From NCBI GenBank assembly GCA_051530055.1, contig CM121341.1, forward strand, positions 7,356,784 through 7,420,783: 64,000 nt of DNA, written 5' to 3'. This stretch comes from Neoechinorhynchus agilis. Lineage: Eukaryota > Animalia > Acanthocephala. A program made the position numbers and the translations under genes. The notes beneath the pieces were generated by a model. The model made no database searches, was not told the origin of the DNA, and was given only the letters and a program-made list of their open reading frames with translations. Numbering within the stretch: position 1 is the first letter of the stretch; every line of letters begins with the position of its first letter. Shown here piece by piece: positions 38,568 to 51,226 of this stretch.

Positions 38568-39236
38568 CTGATGATGAACCCGACGAGGTTCGCAGAACGT
38601 CTTTAATAAATAATCATTTACGAATGTTTGTTTTTGTTGACAACATAATAAGAAATTGGTATACGTTTGGTGAACATAATCCCGGTCATAATATATTTGA
38701 TTTATTTTAAACATTTCGCGAGGTAACCTCATCAGTCATTGCTGTTGAAAAAACTTACAAGCAATGACTGATGAAGCGAGGTTACCTCCAACGAAATATT
38801 TCAAAAAAATCAAATAGGTTATGACCGGCGGGTTATGTTCACCAAAAAAATTACATTGATTAACCCGATTGAATTTTCTCTGTCGATGATAATAAGAAAT
38901 TGGTATACACTTTAAAAGAAATATAAAGAGGATTTATACGCTTTTGGTGAACATAATCCTGCTCATAATATATTTGATTTATTTGAAACATTTCGCGAGG
39001 TTTTTTCGTTAAGGTTTTATGCTGGAGTGCGCGGGATCGCCAAACCCGAAGTTCGAGAATGAGTATTGTTATCGGGTGGCAAAAAATTACCGGTAATAAT
39101 TGAATTGGCGACCTCTCTCGGGTGTCGACAAGTGACCAAAATAACACTTTATAAGAAATCGATAAAATCATTGAAAGGTTGGGTTTTTTTCATGCTCACG
39201 AACACAAGAACAATGGACATACACGTCCGGATCTCA

Positions 39237-39881
39237 TTAGTATGGATAATAGAATGCCCACCTACTTCTCCGGGGGAATCGACCGCCTCTAAAATAAGTG
39301 GCAAATCGAGATCCACCCCCGAACCGTCTTCTACTTCGACCTGAAGATCTTCCAGGCATATTAGTTCTCTTTTGAAATATCTTTAAATTTCTTTCTTTGA
39401 ACAAGGAATCGGTGAGAGCTATTGCACTGGTAACTGATTCCACTTGAGCGAACTCAACGTATGCGTATCCTTTTGGTGTACCCGAAAATCGATCACACAT
39501 GATTGTAACCCGGGTAATGCTCCCACAATCCTTGAAAAAATCTTCGAGTTCATCGGCTGTCGTAGAATAGTCAACATTGCCAACGTATATTGACCTACGA
39601 TCGGCCTCCTCCTTCTCGGCTTGGGTCGGATACTGTGGAACAGACTCCATCTCACGAATCGGACCACTTGTACCCTGGCTAGATTCCTCAACGCCAACAT
39701 TACTACTGGTATCGGCGGTTCTCACTTCTCGTTCAATCTGTGCGAACCGTTCCCTCACCCGTTCCACGTCCAGGGCAGATACACGATTCTGCTCCATTGC
39801 AGGATCATCCACCATCATCGGAGATTCTAGTCCACCTAAAGATTCCATTCGCGCTGCTGCTGCATCGTCAGTAGTCGACAT
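39237..39881 (-). CDS. PABPN1: Nuclear poly(A)-binding protein, 214 aa, intronless
   Basis: EKEEADRRSIYVGNVDY (RNP2), KGYAYVEF (RNP1), KRTNMPG, RG-rich tail ending FYYPY. Confidence 0.95.
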   Translation of the reverse strand: MSTTDDAAAARMESLGGLESPMMVDDPAMEQNRVSALDVERVRERFAQIEREVRTADTSSNVGVEESSQGTSGPIREMESVPQYPTQAEKEEADRRSIYVGNVDYSTTADELEDFFKDCGSITRVTIMCDRFSGTPKGYAYVEFAQVESVTSAIALTDSLFKERNLKIFQKRTNMPGRSSGRSRRRFGGGSRFATYFRGGRFPRRSRWAFYYPY

Positions 39882-39994
39882 CGCTCTACCTCTTCTTCTA
39901 TCGTGTCGAGCGCGCCGTGTGTACGAAAGCGTTTTCTCAACATTCTTCCGTGTCTCGCAAATACACTCAAAAAAAGAGATGACGAAAAAGTTTG

Positions 39995-40480
39995 ACGTAA
40001 TCGAAATAACAGACGTAAGAGATTTCTACAACAATCATAGACGCTACCTGAATTTCTCTAAATGCTTCGAGGTGATCCCCTCAATCTACTACAAACCCAC
40101 ATCATCCTCTGAACTTCTGAACAAAATCCTTCGAGTAACCACCCACTCAGAATTCTGGGTATCCAATTTTAATCAAACTTGAAATGGGACTCGCACATCA
40201 CTCCCTCCCTGAAACTCAACACCTTTAAAATTTATCTCCTCTAATGCCTCCAACATTTAGGAATCACTTCACCCGTACTTCTGCTCTATTTTGCCATCTC
40301 TCACCTACGGTTACTCCGTCTTTTGCAACCTTTCCAAATCGCTAATACGTCATCTTGAAATTCTTCATAAAATAGCGTCTAAAATTTGCACAGCTGGCTT
40401 TCCGCTTTCACTGAACGCTTTGATACAATTTTCATAAAACAAACAAAACGCCTATCACCCCTTATCGAAAGGCGACGGCC
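39995..40480 (+). mobile_element. Decayed LINE RT thumb / 3-prime region; second diverged copy ~42070-42450
   Basis: LNFSKC ... ILGIQF*SNLKWDSHI; shared block CTTGAAATTCTTCATAAAATAGCGTCTAAAATTTGCACAGCTGGC at ~40355 and ~42151. Confidence 0.7.
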
Positions 40481-41136
40481 TTGGAAAACCTGACAGTAAT
40501 CGTTAAAACCGCTGCCTCCTATTGAAATAAATACAACTCATCCTATCCATTTCCATTCGCTGTCTGCAAAATATATTTTTGACTAAATTCCCAAAAAGTG
40601 AGTTTCATTAAAGTATCTTAACCTTGAGTGTCATAAAAGGTTATTGGAAGCAACATCATGGATACTGACGATTTAATGTTCTAAAGTTAAATTTGTATTC
40701 CCGTTTCTGTCTTATGTTTTATTGTTTGAAACATTATTTGTTAAGCATCGACAGCACTGAATCTAACACTCTTAAAATCCTCAAAATATTGGGATAAACT
40801 TACTTTTACAATCTCAAATGGTGTTTGTTCAACGGAAATTAGCCTTATGAGGCTGAATTCGCAAATATTCTATATGGCAGGATGACATTCTGTGGTATTT
40901 TTAGTTCAATAAGTGAAAAACATCCACGGACAAATATACCACAATTGCAAAACTCTCTTTTGCTTACTCGTGTTCTCCGTTTTTCAACGAAGCAGTTTAG
41001 TCAAAGAGTGTTTTCAAGTTGAAATCTATTTTGATGTTGCTATTCGATCACGGTTTTGTATCGGGAAAATAGAATATTTTCGTGAAAACAAACAGGAGTA
41101 TAAATGGAGTTCATTCGAGCTTCACTTTCAATCCGA

Positions 41137-41436
41137 ATGAAGCTTCTCATCTGTCTTCTTCTCGCCATCTTTCTTTTCTACGAATTGAGGGCCATCGCTG
41201 TTGGTCCGGCGAAGGAAGTGAGTGCTGTTGAATCTTTAGGGGGATCGGCTAAAACTGAGCCTGGATTGAAATGGTTCAGAGAAGACGAAATCCCAAGGGA
41301 TCAGCTTGACAAGTTGGAGAAAGACGACAGAGTGCCAAAGATGGTGCATGATGGAAAACGTTGGTTCTTCGGATTCTGGCCATTCTTTCCATGGGGATTT
41401 TTTCCCTTCTTTGGTCCATTTGGACCGTGGTGGTAG
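41137..41436 (+). CDS. Secreted aromatic-peptide precursor copy 2, 99 aa (mature WFFGFWPFFPWGFFPFFGPFGPWW)
   Basis: TATAAA at 41099-41104, signal peptide, GKR cleavage site. Confidence 0.78.
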   Translation: MKLLICLLLAIFLFYELRAIAVGPAKEVSAVESLGGSAKTEPGLKWFREDEIPRDQLDKLEKDDRVPKMVHDGKRWFFGFWPFFPWGFFPFFGPFGPWW

Positions 41437-43104
41437 GAATAATTCCACCACGGATTAGTCATTTTGGTAATAAATTAACATCTTAGTTGGCAATTAGAAG
41501 ATTTGTTATGAACGGAAAAGGCACTTTATTATTGGTATTGGCAAATTCGTTGGGTAATGGATACAAATCACGATCAATCGAAAGCGAGACCAAAGAAATT
41601 TTAATGCAACTATCGGATTCCACGGAGAATTCGAGCGCGTTCATTTGCGAACGCGGACACTTAGTCTTTTGTTTTATCTTAAAGATCTCAATGGGATTTC
41701 GTGGACTCGTTTTATAAATATGTTTTCATAATTTACGTGAAATTTCACTTGCATTTCATTTGCGTCCAGTGCTGAAAATAACAATTTAATGCTAAGTCCT
41801 TCGGAGTAAATTAAGTCTTTAAATCATGCGAATTTTTGAAACCGATGAGCTTTGATTGCGAGGAAGACCGAGCGAACAGGAATATTGAAAACAAGACTAA
41901 GGGAAAATAACTGTATTCTAGTAAAATAGGCTCGAAATCACTCATTCGAGAAATGTCTTATATATGATGAACTACACCTCAATCAAAATTCTTATTAAAT
42001 AATCAAAAAAACAGAGCTAGAAATTGTGGTGGTTGACGCATGAACCATAATTCCAAAATTTTCTTTTGGTTGCTACTTCAGCTTTATTTTACCCTCATTC
42101 ACCTACGGCTATCCCGTCTTTTGCAACCTTCCCCAATCACAAATCGTCGTCTTGAAATTCTTCATAAAATAGCGTCTAAAATTTGCACAGCTGGCTTTCC
42201 GCTCTCGCCGAATGCTTTGATACAATTTTCATAAAACAAACAAAACGCCGATCACCCCTTGAACAACAATTTCTACCACATATCGCCCCTTTTCGCGCGA
42301 GAACAACCCTCGTAATCCTAAGTCGTTTCATCCTCCATCGACCTCACATCTCCCTAAACCCACGCTCCTTTTTCAATGTTGCCCAATTCCTTCGGATATC
42401 ATAACTTGAAATGAATATGAGGAAAGACCAACCTCACAAGCGCTCCTGGTATTCGTAATATTGTTTATTTAATTTAAAAGTTGCCTAAATTTTTTTACTT
42501 AAATGTTCTTAGAGCTTCCAGTCGTCTTAGAGGATATCTTCTAGAATTTAATAATGCCCACGTATGCATTTTCGTCTTATATTTTGGAGTAACGATCGAA
42601 TCTGATTGCAAGCAAACGAATTGAAAAAAAATTGTTTTTTAGCGGTTTTATGTGTTCAATCTCACAAGCTCTAGAGCTTACGTATCATCACCTACAGCAA
42701 TATTTTGAGGCTCAATACTTGCACGATTCAATCCTTCGATGTCTTTAACATTAGACATTCACCGGTTCAATCTCTAAAAATTATTTTCCAGCATAGTAGA
42801 GTTTCATTAAAAGCGCAATAATTTGAATTTTCGCGTTTTAGCTTTTGCGAACTCGGCGGGTAGACATTTTGTATGAGTCCAAAATGTTAAAAGCGCCACT
42901 TTGTTTTGCTCATGAAATCCCAAAAAGTGTTCCTTTTACGAACAACCGTTTCGCCCATTTTCGCTGTATCAAATAAATACTCAATTGTAGGCATTTTGTT
43001 TTCCGGGATTTACTTCAAATATTTTAAAAGGAACGCTTAAATTTCATCACTCTTCTTTGTTCCTGTATCATGAATTATTTCTAGAAAAAACAGGAGAAAA
43101 CGAA

Positions 43105-43439
43105 ATGTCAAATTCAATTCCAAATGTGGACATTGAAGATATCTTGCGGAAGATGTCGACAGTTAATTTATATTTCACTAGAACAAGTTTATGGCAGGCT
43201 TGGATGTTTTTGATCAATTCATCCTTCTCTATAATGGCTTCTATGATTTCGTTCATTTATTATTTCACTAATAATGCTGATTATACATGTTGGATTCCTG
43301 ATAATGTGTCGATGAGCGACGCGATTCCAATTAATGCAGATGGAAAATTCGAAAAATGTAAAGTCTTTGAGAATTATACTTCACTGTCAAATAAAACAAT
43401 ACCCTGTCCAAACGGCTACTTCCACCCGCTACCCGATGA
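43105..43439 (+). pseudogene. Third SLC22 copy: promoter (from ~42451) and 5-prime CDS, truncated after PLPDD
   Basis: Matches 46189-46523 then switches abruptly to TTCCAATCACATTCC repeat-derived sequence. Confidence 0.8.
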
Positions 43440-43959
43440 TTCCAATCACATTCCTCGGTACTTCGCATATCGACAAACATTTCGTAAGTTGATATAGCTG
43501 TACAAATGCAGTCTTCAAAAGTGACAACCAAAGAAAATGGTATCGTGTTAAAATATAAAAAAATTGAGAGCGCAATTTAGAGCAAGGAAAACGTAATACG
43601 ATTTCTTTGTTTTTTATTTCTCGCCGATTGCTGAATTAAATGCTCAGTGAACAAAGTAAGCGTTTAAGCGCAACTGTTCATCACATTCAATAGGACGCGA
43701 TTTCAACTTTTTTCTATTCTTTAATCAGAATATTCTCAAAGAAACCACTTTATGTTCACTTGATGTCACATATGTCGCAAGGTATCATTCTCAGATTTAA
43801 ATGCATAAATAATCACATCATCATACAATCTCGAAGTGATACGAACTATTCTACTCATAACTAGAATATATCGTCTGGCCTTACGTGAAAAGATGCGAAT
43901 ATTCTGTAATTTTTACCGTTAAAGACAATCAAAAGAATGATTTACCGCTTTCCGCATCA

Positions 43960-44680
43960 AACCGATTATTTTGCTCACTCACAGCTCTCAATTTTCAGGT
44001 TCTCGCGATGTGGTCGTCCGAGCTAGATTGTTGGCAGTTTCGACACGAGAATTGGGGGCTGTTCCTCTGGCATCTGTGGAAACTCTTCTCACTTATGAGG
44101 TAACGAGGATCGCAGTGTCCTTAAGACTTGGTCTCCCGATACTGCTGTCGACGTGGGTCTTTGGTTGATGCTTTCGGACGACACGGTCTCGTTTGCCGAA
44201 AGTCAGGAGGAAGGTTCTCACGCCATTCTGAGATCAACAGCGTAATTTCTCGGGCGTTCAGAACGGCGAACTTCCCCAACATCTTGGAAGCCGCCCATCT
44301 TGATCGACTGGACGGTCGTCGACCTGACGGAATTTCGGTCTTTCCGTGGCGGGAGGGCAAATGCCTTCTCTGGGACGCCACGGGTGTGGACACCCTCGTA
44401 GAAAGCAACATTCCCCACTCTAGGAATTGCTGGAGGTGCAGCGGAAGGGAAGAAGGTACGAAAATATAGGGATTTAGCAAGAGTCCACTATTTTGTCCTC
44501 TTCGGAGTAGAGACGTATGGAGCGATCGGCACTCACTCTTCTGCAGGATCTCTCGAAGAAATTGAGAGAAACGACCGGCGACGAGCGACAAAATATCTCG
44601 CTTGCAGCAGTACAACGAGGCAATGATGCTAGCGTGGTAGCGACAGCTGAGGATGGAGAGAAGCTAAGATTTTGCGGACG
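43960..44680 (+). mobile_element. CRE-clade RLE fragment, mirror copy with extra indels
   Basis: RHGLVCRKSGGRFSRH...RPDG...LLWDATGVDT; 13-bp deletion relative to the left copy near 44140. Confidence 0.88.
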
Positions 44681-46188
44681 GTGGTGATTGTATCAGAACT
44701 AACAAATATACCTTTTTTTGGGGAAAAAATGCAAAATAACGGCGAAATAAAATGTGCAAACTTCTCAGAAGCCCAATCGGCATAGCGCTTTGATGTTCAA
44801 AAATCTTTGATTTATCCCAAGTGTTCCTCAAAATAATGGGATAAACTTACTTTTACAATCTTAAATGGTGTTTGTTCAATGGAAATTAGCGTTATGAGGA
44901 TGAATTCGCAAATATTCTATATGGCAGGATGACATTCTGTGGTGTTTTTAGTTCAATGAGTGAAAAACATCCACGGACAAATATACCACAATTGCAAAAC
45001 TCTCTTTTGCTTACTCGTGTTCTCCGTTTTTCAACGAAGCAGTTTAGTCAAAGAGTGTTTTCAAGTTGAAATCTATTTTGATGTTGCTATTCGATCACGG
45101 TTTTGTATCGGGAAAATAGAATATTTTCGTGAAAACAAACAGGAGTATAAATGGAGTTCATTCGAGCTTCACTTTCAATCCGAATGAAGCTTCTCATCTG
45201 TCTTCTTCTCGCCATCTTTCTTTTCTACGAATTCAGTTCCGCCGCTCCCTTAAAGCCACTTCAATGTGTTTTCTAAATTTCGAAGGCGTATAATTAAAAA
45301 AGAAGATATTAAATTGGGTTCAATGCGTAAAGGATTTAATTGTTTGCTACCGATTAAATATTGGTTATTGAACATAATTTTTGAATTCACATTGTAAGAA
45401 CGCACTTGTTTAATTTGATATTGCAGTTTTATCAATATAATACAGAATTTTATTTAAAGCAAAAATTTATACCTACAATTTAATCCTGCTAATAAATAGC
45501 GCACTTTCTCCACTTAATGCTTAGTTCAGCATTCGTAATATTGTTTATTTAATTTAAAAGTTGCCTAAATTTTTTTATTTAAATGTTCTTAGAGCTTCCA
45601 GTCGTCTTAGAGGATATCTTCTAGAATTTAATAATGCCCACATATGCATTTTCGTCTTATATTTTGGAGTAACGATCGAATCTGATTGCAAGCAAACGAA
45701 TTGAAAACAAATTGTTTTTTAGCGGTTTTATGTGTTCAATCTCACAAGCTCTAGAGCTTACGTATCATCACCTACAGCAATATTTTGAGGCTCAATACTT
45801 GCACGATTCAATCCTTCGATGTCTTTAACATTAGACATTCACCGGTTCAATCTCCTAATTATCATTTATCAGAGATTATAAGATTTCATTAAAAAGCTTA
45901 ATAATTTGAATTTTCGCGTTTTAGCTTTTGCGAACTCGGCGGGTAGACATTTTTGATGAGTCCAAAATGTTAAAAGCGCCACATTGTTTTGCTCATGAAA
46001 ATCCCAAAAAGTGTTCTTTTTACGAACAACCGTTTCGCCCATTTTCGCTGTATCAAATAAATACTCAATTGTAGGCATTTTGTTTTCCGGGATTTACTTC
46101 AAATATTTTAAAAGGAACGCTTAAATTTCATCACTCTTCTTTGTTCCTGTATCATGAATTATTTCTAGAAAAAACAGGAGAAAACGAA

Positions 46189-47917
46189 ATGTCAAATTCA
46201 ATTCCAAATGTGGACATTGAAGATATCTTGCGGAAGATGTCGACAGTTAATTTATATTTCACTAGAACAAGTTTATGGCAGGCTTGGATGTTTTTGATCA
46301 ATTCATCCTTCTATACAATGGCTTCTATGATTTCGTTCATTGATTATTTCACTAATAATGCTGATTATACATGTTGGATTCCTGATAATGTGTCGATGAG
46401 CGACGCGATTCCAATTAATGCAGATGGAAAATTCGAAAAATGTAAAGTCTTTGAGAATTATACTTCACTGTCAAATAAAACAATACCCTGTCCAAACGGC
46501 TACTTCCACCCGCTACCCGATGACAGATCGCTGGTGTTCACCTTTGATCTATACTGCGATCGGGAATACTTGAAGGATATTCCACAGTCAGCCTTCTTCA
46601 TAGGAGCAGCAATCGGGGCAATTGTTTTATCAATGTTTGGCGACAACTTTGGTAAGAAACCCATTGCTCTTCTCGCATCTTGGCTTAATATTATATGCGG
46701 AATCGGCTGTGCGCTTTCAAATACCATCTAAATCGGATGCTTCCGATCAGTTAAAATCATTATATCTTTCTTATTGATCGGAATCATCTTGATATTTATT
46801 TATAGTATTCCGTTTTTTATCTGGAATTTGCTGGCAGTTGTGTATTCTCTGTTCTTATATTCTCACTGCTGAAGTCTTTGCAGCTGAATACCGAGGCACC
46901 CCGTGTATAATGATCAATTTCATTTGGGGTTTAGGAATGTATATCTTGGATTTAGTCGCTTATTTTGTTAGAGGATGGCGGAATCTTTATTTGACAGTTT
47001 ATGTTCCAGTCGCAATAACTGTACTCTATTATTGGATTATGAGAGAAAGTTTATTTTGGCTAGCTGTTCGTAAACGACAAGCTGATGTAAATAAAATATT
47101 AACCGAAGCATACAAGATGAATTCAACGAAACAACAAGATCAAATGTTTTTTTCACTCGAAGACGATATCGGACTAATCGCTGATGATTCAGAGACCCAA
47201 ACTCGTGTAACGCTGCTAAATCGGATAAAGAAAAACTTAAGAGCAATGTTTTCGTCAATTGTGTTTCCATACTCGTTGTTTTGTGGATGTCTCATGATGT
47301 CATTGGCTACTTTTGGTTATTTCGGACTTACTCTATCAGCGTCCGCATTTTCGTCCAACATCTACCTCCATTTCTTCATCACAGCAATTATTGAGATTCC
47401 ACAGATTGTCTTATGTAGCGTCGCAATGAAATTCTTCGGACGAAAAACTCTCTGTGTTTCCATCAATCTTTTTCTTGTGCTCATATCCATAATATTTGCT
47501 GTCCTTCCTTCAGGCAATAAAGCAGCCTTGAATGTCTTCAATCACATTGCAAAGTTTTCAGCTGCCGCAAGTGCTGATTTCGCTTGGCTTTTCACTTCCG
47601 AGCTATTTCCAACGAAGTTCAGACAATTCGGATTTGGGTTTGCTTTTGTTGTCGCTGGAATAGTAACAGCTTTAAGTCCTTTCTTGAAAGATCAACTGAC
47701 TTCTCAAAGACTAGAAACTATGCTCTCGATTGGAGGATTTGCACTTTTTGTTGCTATACTGATAATTTATTTACCTGAGACAAAATACCATACGATTTCT
47801 GAACTTTCTGATATGAAGGGGCTACGACAATGCGCAAGAGAAACGTTTAGTAGGATAAGGAGGAAGCCAAAAGACGAGCAAATATCGGAGCTTCAGGATA
47901 TAACAAATGAAGATTAA
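46189..47917 (+). CDS. SLC22: SLC22 organic cation/anion transporter, ~554 aa if 46729-46792 is removed
   Basis: Cys-containing first loop, FTFDLYC, MFS motif GDNFGKKP, AEVFAAEYR, RESLFWL, FGRK, SELFPTKFR, LPETK. Confidence 0.85.
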
Positions 47918-48659
47918 TGTGAGTGTTCTGGAATTAATCTAAAGAAATAATAGGGCATTTTGTGACGGATTGTACGAAGAGATTAAAATTGGCACAGCTA
48001 TATTTTTAAAGAAATGTTTTCGGTTGTGCATTGCATAGTATTATTTGATGCACGAATAATGTAGTTGATTCATCCAAAGCGCTCATGAGAAAACGATTTT
48101 CAACCCCTCGTCGACGTAGTTTAGTTGTTCAATCGTTATTTGCGATTGGATTAAATTAAAAGACCAAATTTTGCAGACTCGGTTATCTTGAACGGAATCA
48201 CCATGTTCAAAAAGTTCAGCGTAATATTTAGCAATGGGTTAATTTCCTTCTGCGACTGTATTCGTTTGAGTTTGTGCGCTATTAAAATAGCAATCGGCTG
48301 GAATCATCTTAAACTGCTTTCTTTGTGTTCCATCCGCCGTTCTCGTTTGGCACAGGAACGGTGAGTACACGGTCGAGTACTTTAGACCGATTCTCTACTC
48401 TGAAAGTATGAATTCGGCGGATAATACCAGTTCGAAATTAGATTAAATGGATGGATATCACTAAGAAAGTCGCAGATGCTGGAACGGGTTGTTAAAGCTA
48501 CGATCTTAACCATTGAAGTTAGGGTCGTCTTAAAAAAATTGTTAAATTGCCATTTTAAAGCCAGAGACAATAAATGATTTATTAGCGATGTTGAGGAAAC
48601 CGATAGGAACTATGCCAGCATTATGAACACGACCTCTACCAGCTGCGAGCTGGGACATT

Positions 48660-50210
48660 GAACTTAGTAATAAAAAAGTTCCATGAAGTCAGAAAATACA
48701 AATCGTATTTGGAACAAAAATGACGAAAACGACTTACCTCGAATCTTATCCTCTGACCATTCCCAAATAATCCTCCCTCCTTCTGCTAATCCTTAACGCT
48801 CCCATTCACCAAATTGGTCTCGAGTAATCTGTCTTCGCACAGAAAATCGATTTTTCACCCGAACCGCTCGGAAGTTATGCTTTCTCTAACTAATATATTC
48901 TCCTTTTGCATGATAACAGCTATTCCTAAGAAAACAATTCGCTTTTCCAGCCGAGATCCACTTTGGAAGTCTACTTTCTTGAAAATGCTACAAATAAAGG
49001 TGAAAAAAAATACCACCCATGCAGTCCTGATTTGAGCTGCCCTCAATCCTCTCCCTCGCATTACATTCTCAACTCGTGCAAGACCTTTCTTGCACATAAA
49101 TTCGCCTCCTCTCCCACTCACCTCTCGTGGAAAAACACGAAAAGCGCCCTTCTAAACTTTCAAACTCCGACCTCCTTGATGCACTAAACTTTGTGACTGT
49201 CATTCGAACACAAACAAATAGTCATCCCCTTCCATATCTACACCACCGTTCTCAGCTTCTACAGCTTCACCTCCCATGATTTCCAAGTATGATATTCTCA
49301 TGCTCTTCGGAAACTACCTCGCAAATCATCTCCTAACTCTCCTATTCACAACTGAACTCTACGCTTTATCATCCCAGATTTATTTGATTCACTTACCCAT
49401 ATAATCAATAGAAGTTTCAAGACCGGAATCTTCCCTGGTCGCCTTAAAACAGATTGGGTAATCCTGCTCCTGAAAGCATCTAAACTTATATGCACCTCAA
49501 GTTTTCGACCCATCTCTTTCTTACCTTCATTCTCTAAAGTCTTGGAGAGATGCTTTAAAGCACACCTTCTGCCAACCTTCAATCGAAAAATTTTATCCAT
49601 TCAATTCGGTTTCCGGCCCAAATTTTCTGCAACCGATGCCCTACTTTGCATTTATGATACGCTCCTATGATACCTGGACAATAATCACTCCCAATTCACC
49701 CGTATCATTTAACTGGATTTATCGAAAGCATTCGACTCCGTGGACCATTCACTCCTTTTCCGATTTTGGTCTCAACTTGTAGCAGATCCGCTGGCTTGAA
49801 TCTTATCTTCACGGTCGCAAACAATACATTCACTGCCGTTCTACCTCTTCTATCAGCCTATCCCTCACCAAAGGCGTACCTCAAGGTGCTGTTCTGTCAC
49901 TACTTCTTTTTAATATTTTCTTAGACGACCTTCAACATCTCGCCTCTTTCTCAAAGCTTTTCTTATACACCGATGATATCCCCCTCATCACCCATTGACC
50001 ACCCCACCTCTCCCTTTTTCCTTAACGTGTTATTATTATAAATCACACACACACATAAAAGATTTTTTCACCAATCTGAAATGAACTTGAGGAAATACCA
50101 ACCTACAAGCGTTCCTGCAAGCCATAACCACCAATTCCCACAAGAACGGGCCTTCCAACCCGACCGGATATTCCCACCCGCACGGACTCGTAATCCACTC
50201 CAAAATCAAT
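48660..50210 (+). mobile_element. Decayed APE-type LINE: endonuclease C-terminus, RT core and 3-prime end
   Basis: SSDH; FRPISFLPSFSKVLER; QFGFRP; LDLSKAFDSVDH; GVPQGAVLS; YTDD at 49966-49977; multiple stops. Confidence 0.9.
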
Positions 50211-50929
50211 AGCCAGATTTATTTATCAAATCAGAACTCGAGTGTTTATGAAGACCAAAAGATACACTGGTCCTCTTCCTCTTACGTTAACAAATAAAAC
50301 GTTTTATTGTGTCTTGGATTATTATTCTCGCAGGAAAAGAAACTTTTTTTTGTAGTTTTGCCGTCCTGGGCATTTTAATAAACTGATTTATTTCCCCGAT
50401 ATTTCGTCGGATAATTCCGAAATTTTATGTATGTTAAAAAACTTACAAGCAATGGAAAACCTTGATAATGTCGGAATTTTCCGTCGAAATGTTGGAAATA
50501 AATCAGTGAATCTAAATCCGAGGTGACAATACTACCAAAAGAAAATGAACTCTTTGTGTTTTACATTGGGTTATTCGAACGTTTTCCGATTTTCGGATCC
50601 TTTGAAGGCAATCTTTTGAGAGGCCACGGCCTTTGATAGCCTAGCGCTGAATTTGCAAATATTCTATATGGCAGGATGACATTTTACAGTTTTTTAGTTC
50701 AATGAGTGAAAAACATCCACGGACAAATATACCACAATTGCAAAACTCTCTTTTGCTTACTCGTGTTCTCCGTTTTTCAACGAAGTAGTTTAGTCAAAGA
50801 GTGTTTTCAAGTTGAAATCTATTTTGATGTTGCTATTCGATCACGGTTTTGTATCGGGAAAATAGGATATTTTCGTGAAAACAAACAGGAGTATAAATGG
50901 AGTTCATTCGAGCTTCACTTTCAATCCGA

Positions 50930-51226
50930 ATGAAGCTTCTCATCTGTCTTCTCGCCATCTTTCTTTTCTACGAATTCAGGGCCATCGCTGTTGGTCCGGC
51001 GAAGGAAGTGAGTGCTGTTGAATCTTTAGGGGAATCGGCTAAAACCGAGTGTGGATTGAAATGGTTCAGAGAAGACGAAATCCCAAGGGATCAGCTTGAC
51101 AAGTTGGAGAAAGACGACAGAGTGCCAAAGATGGTGCATGATGGAAAACGTTGGTTCTTCGGATTCTGGCCATTCTTTCCATGGGGATTTTTTCCCTTCT
51201 TTGGTCCATTTGGACCGTGGTGGTAG
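50930..51226 (+). CDS. Secreted aromatic-peptide precursor copy 3, 98 aa
   Basis: As copy 2; mirror position of copy 1. Confidence 0.78.
   Translation: MKLLICLLAIFLFYEFRAIAVGPAKEVSAVESLGESAKTECGLKWFREDEIPRDQLDKLEKDDRVPKMVHDGKRWFFGFWPFFPWGFFPFFGPFGPWW

Noticed and set aside
40913-41140. 75-aa ORF MKNIHGQ... present five times, stop overlapping the peptide ATG
   Set aside because: Starts at GTG upstream of the TATA box; conservation is explained by recent duplication of the promoter
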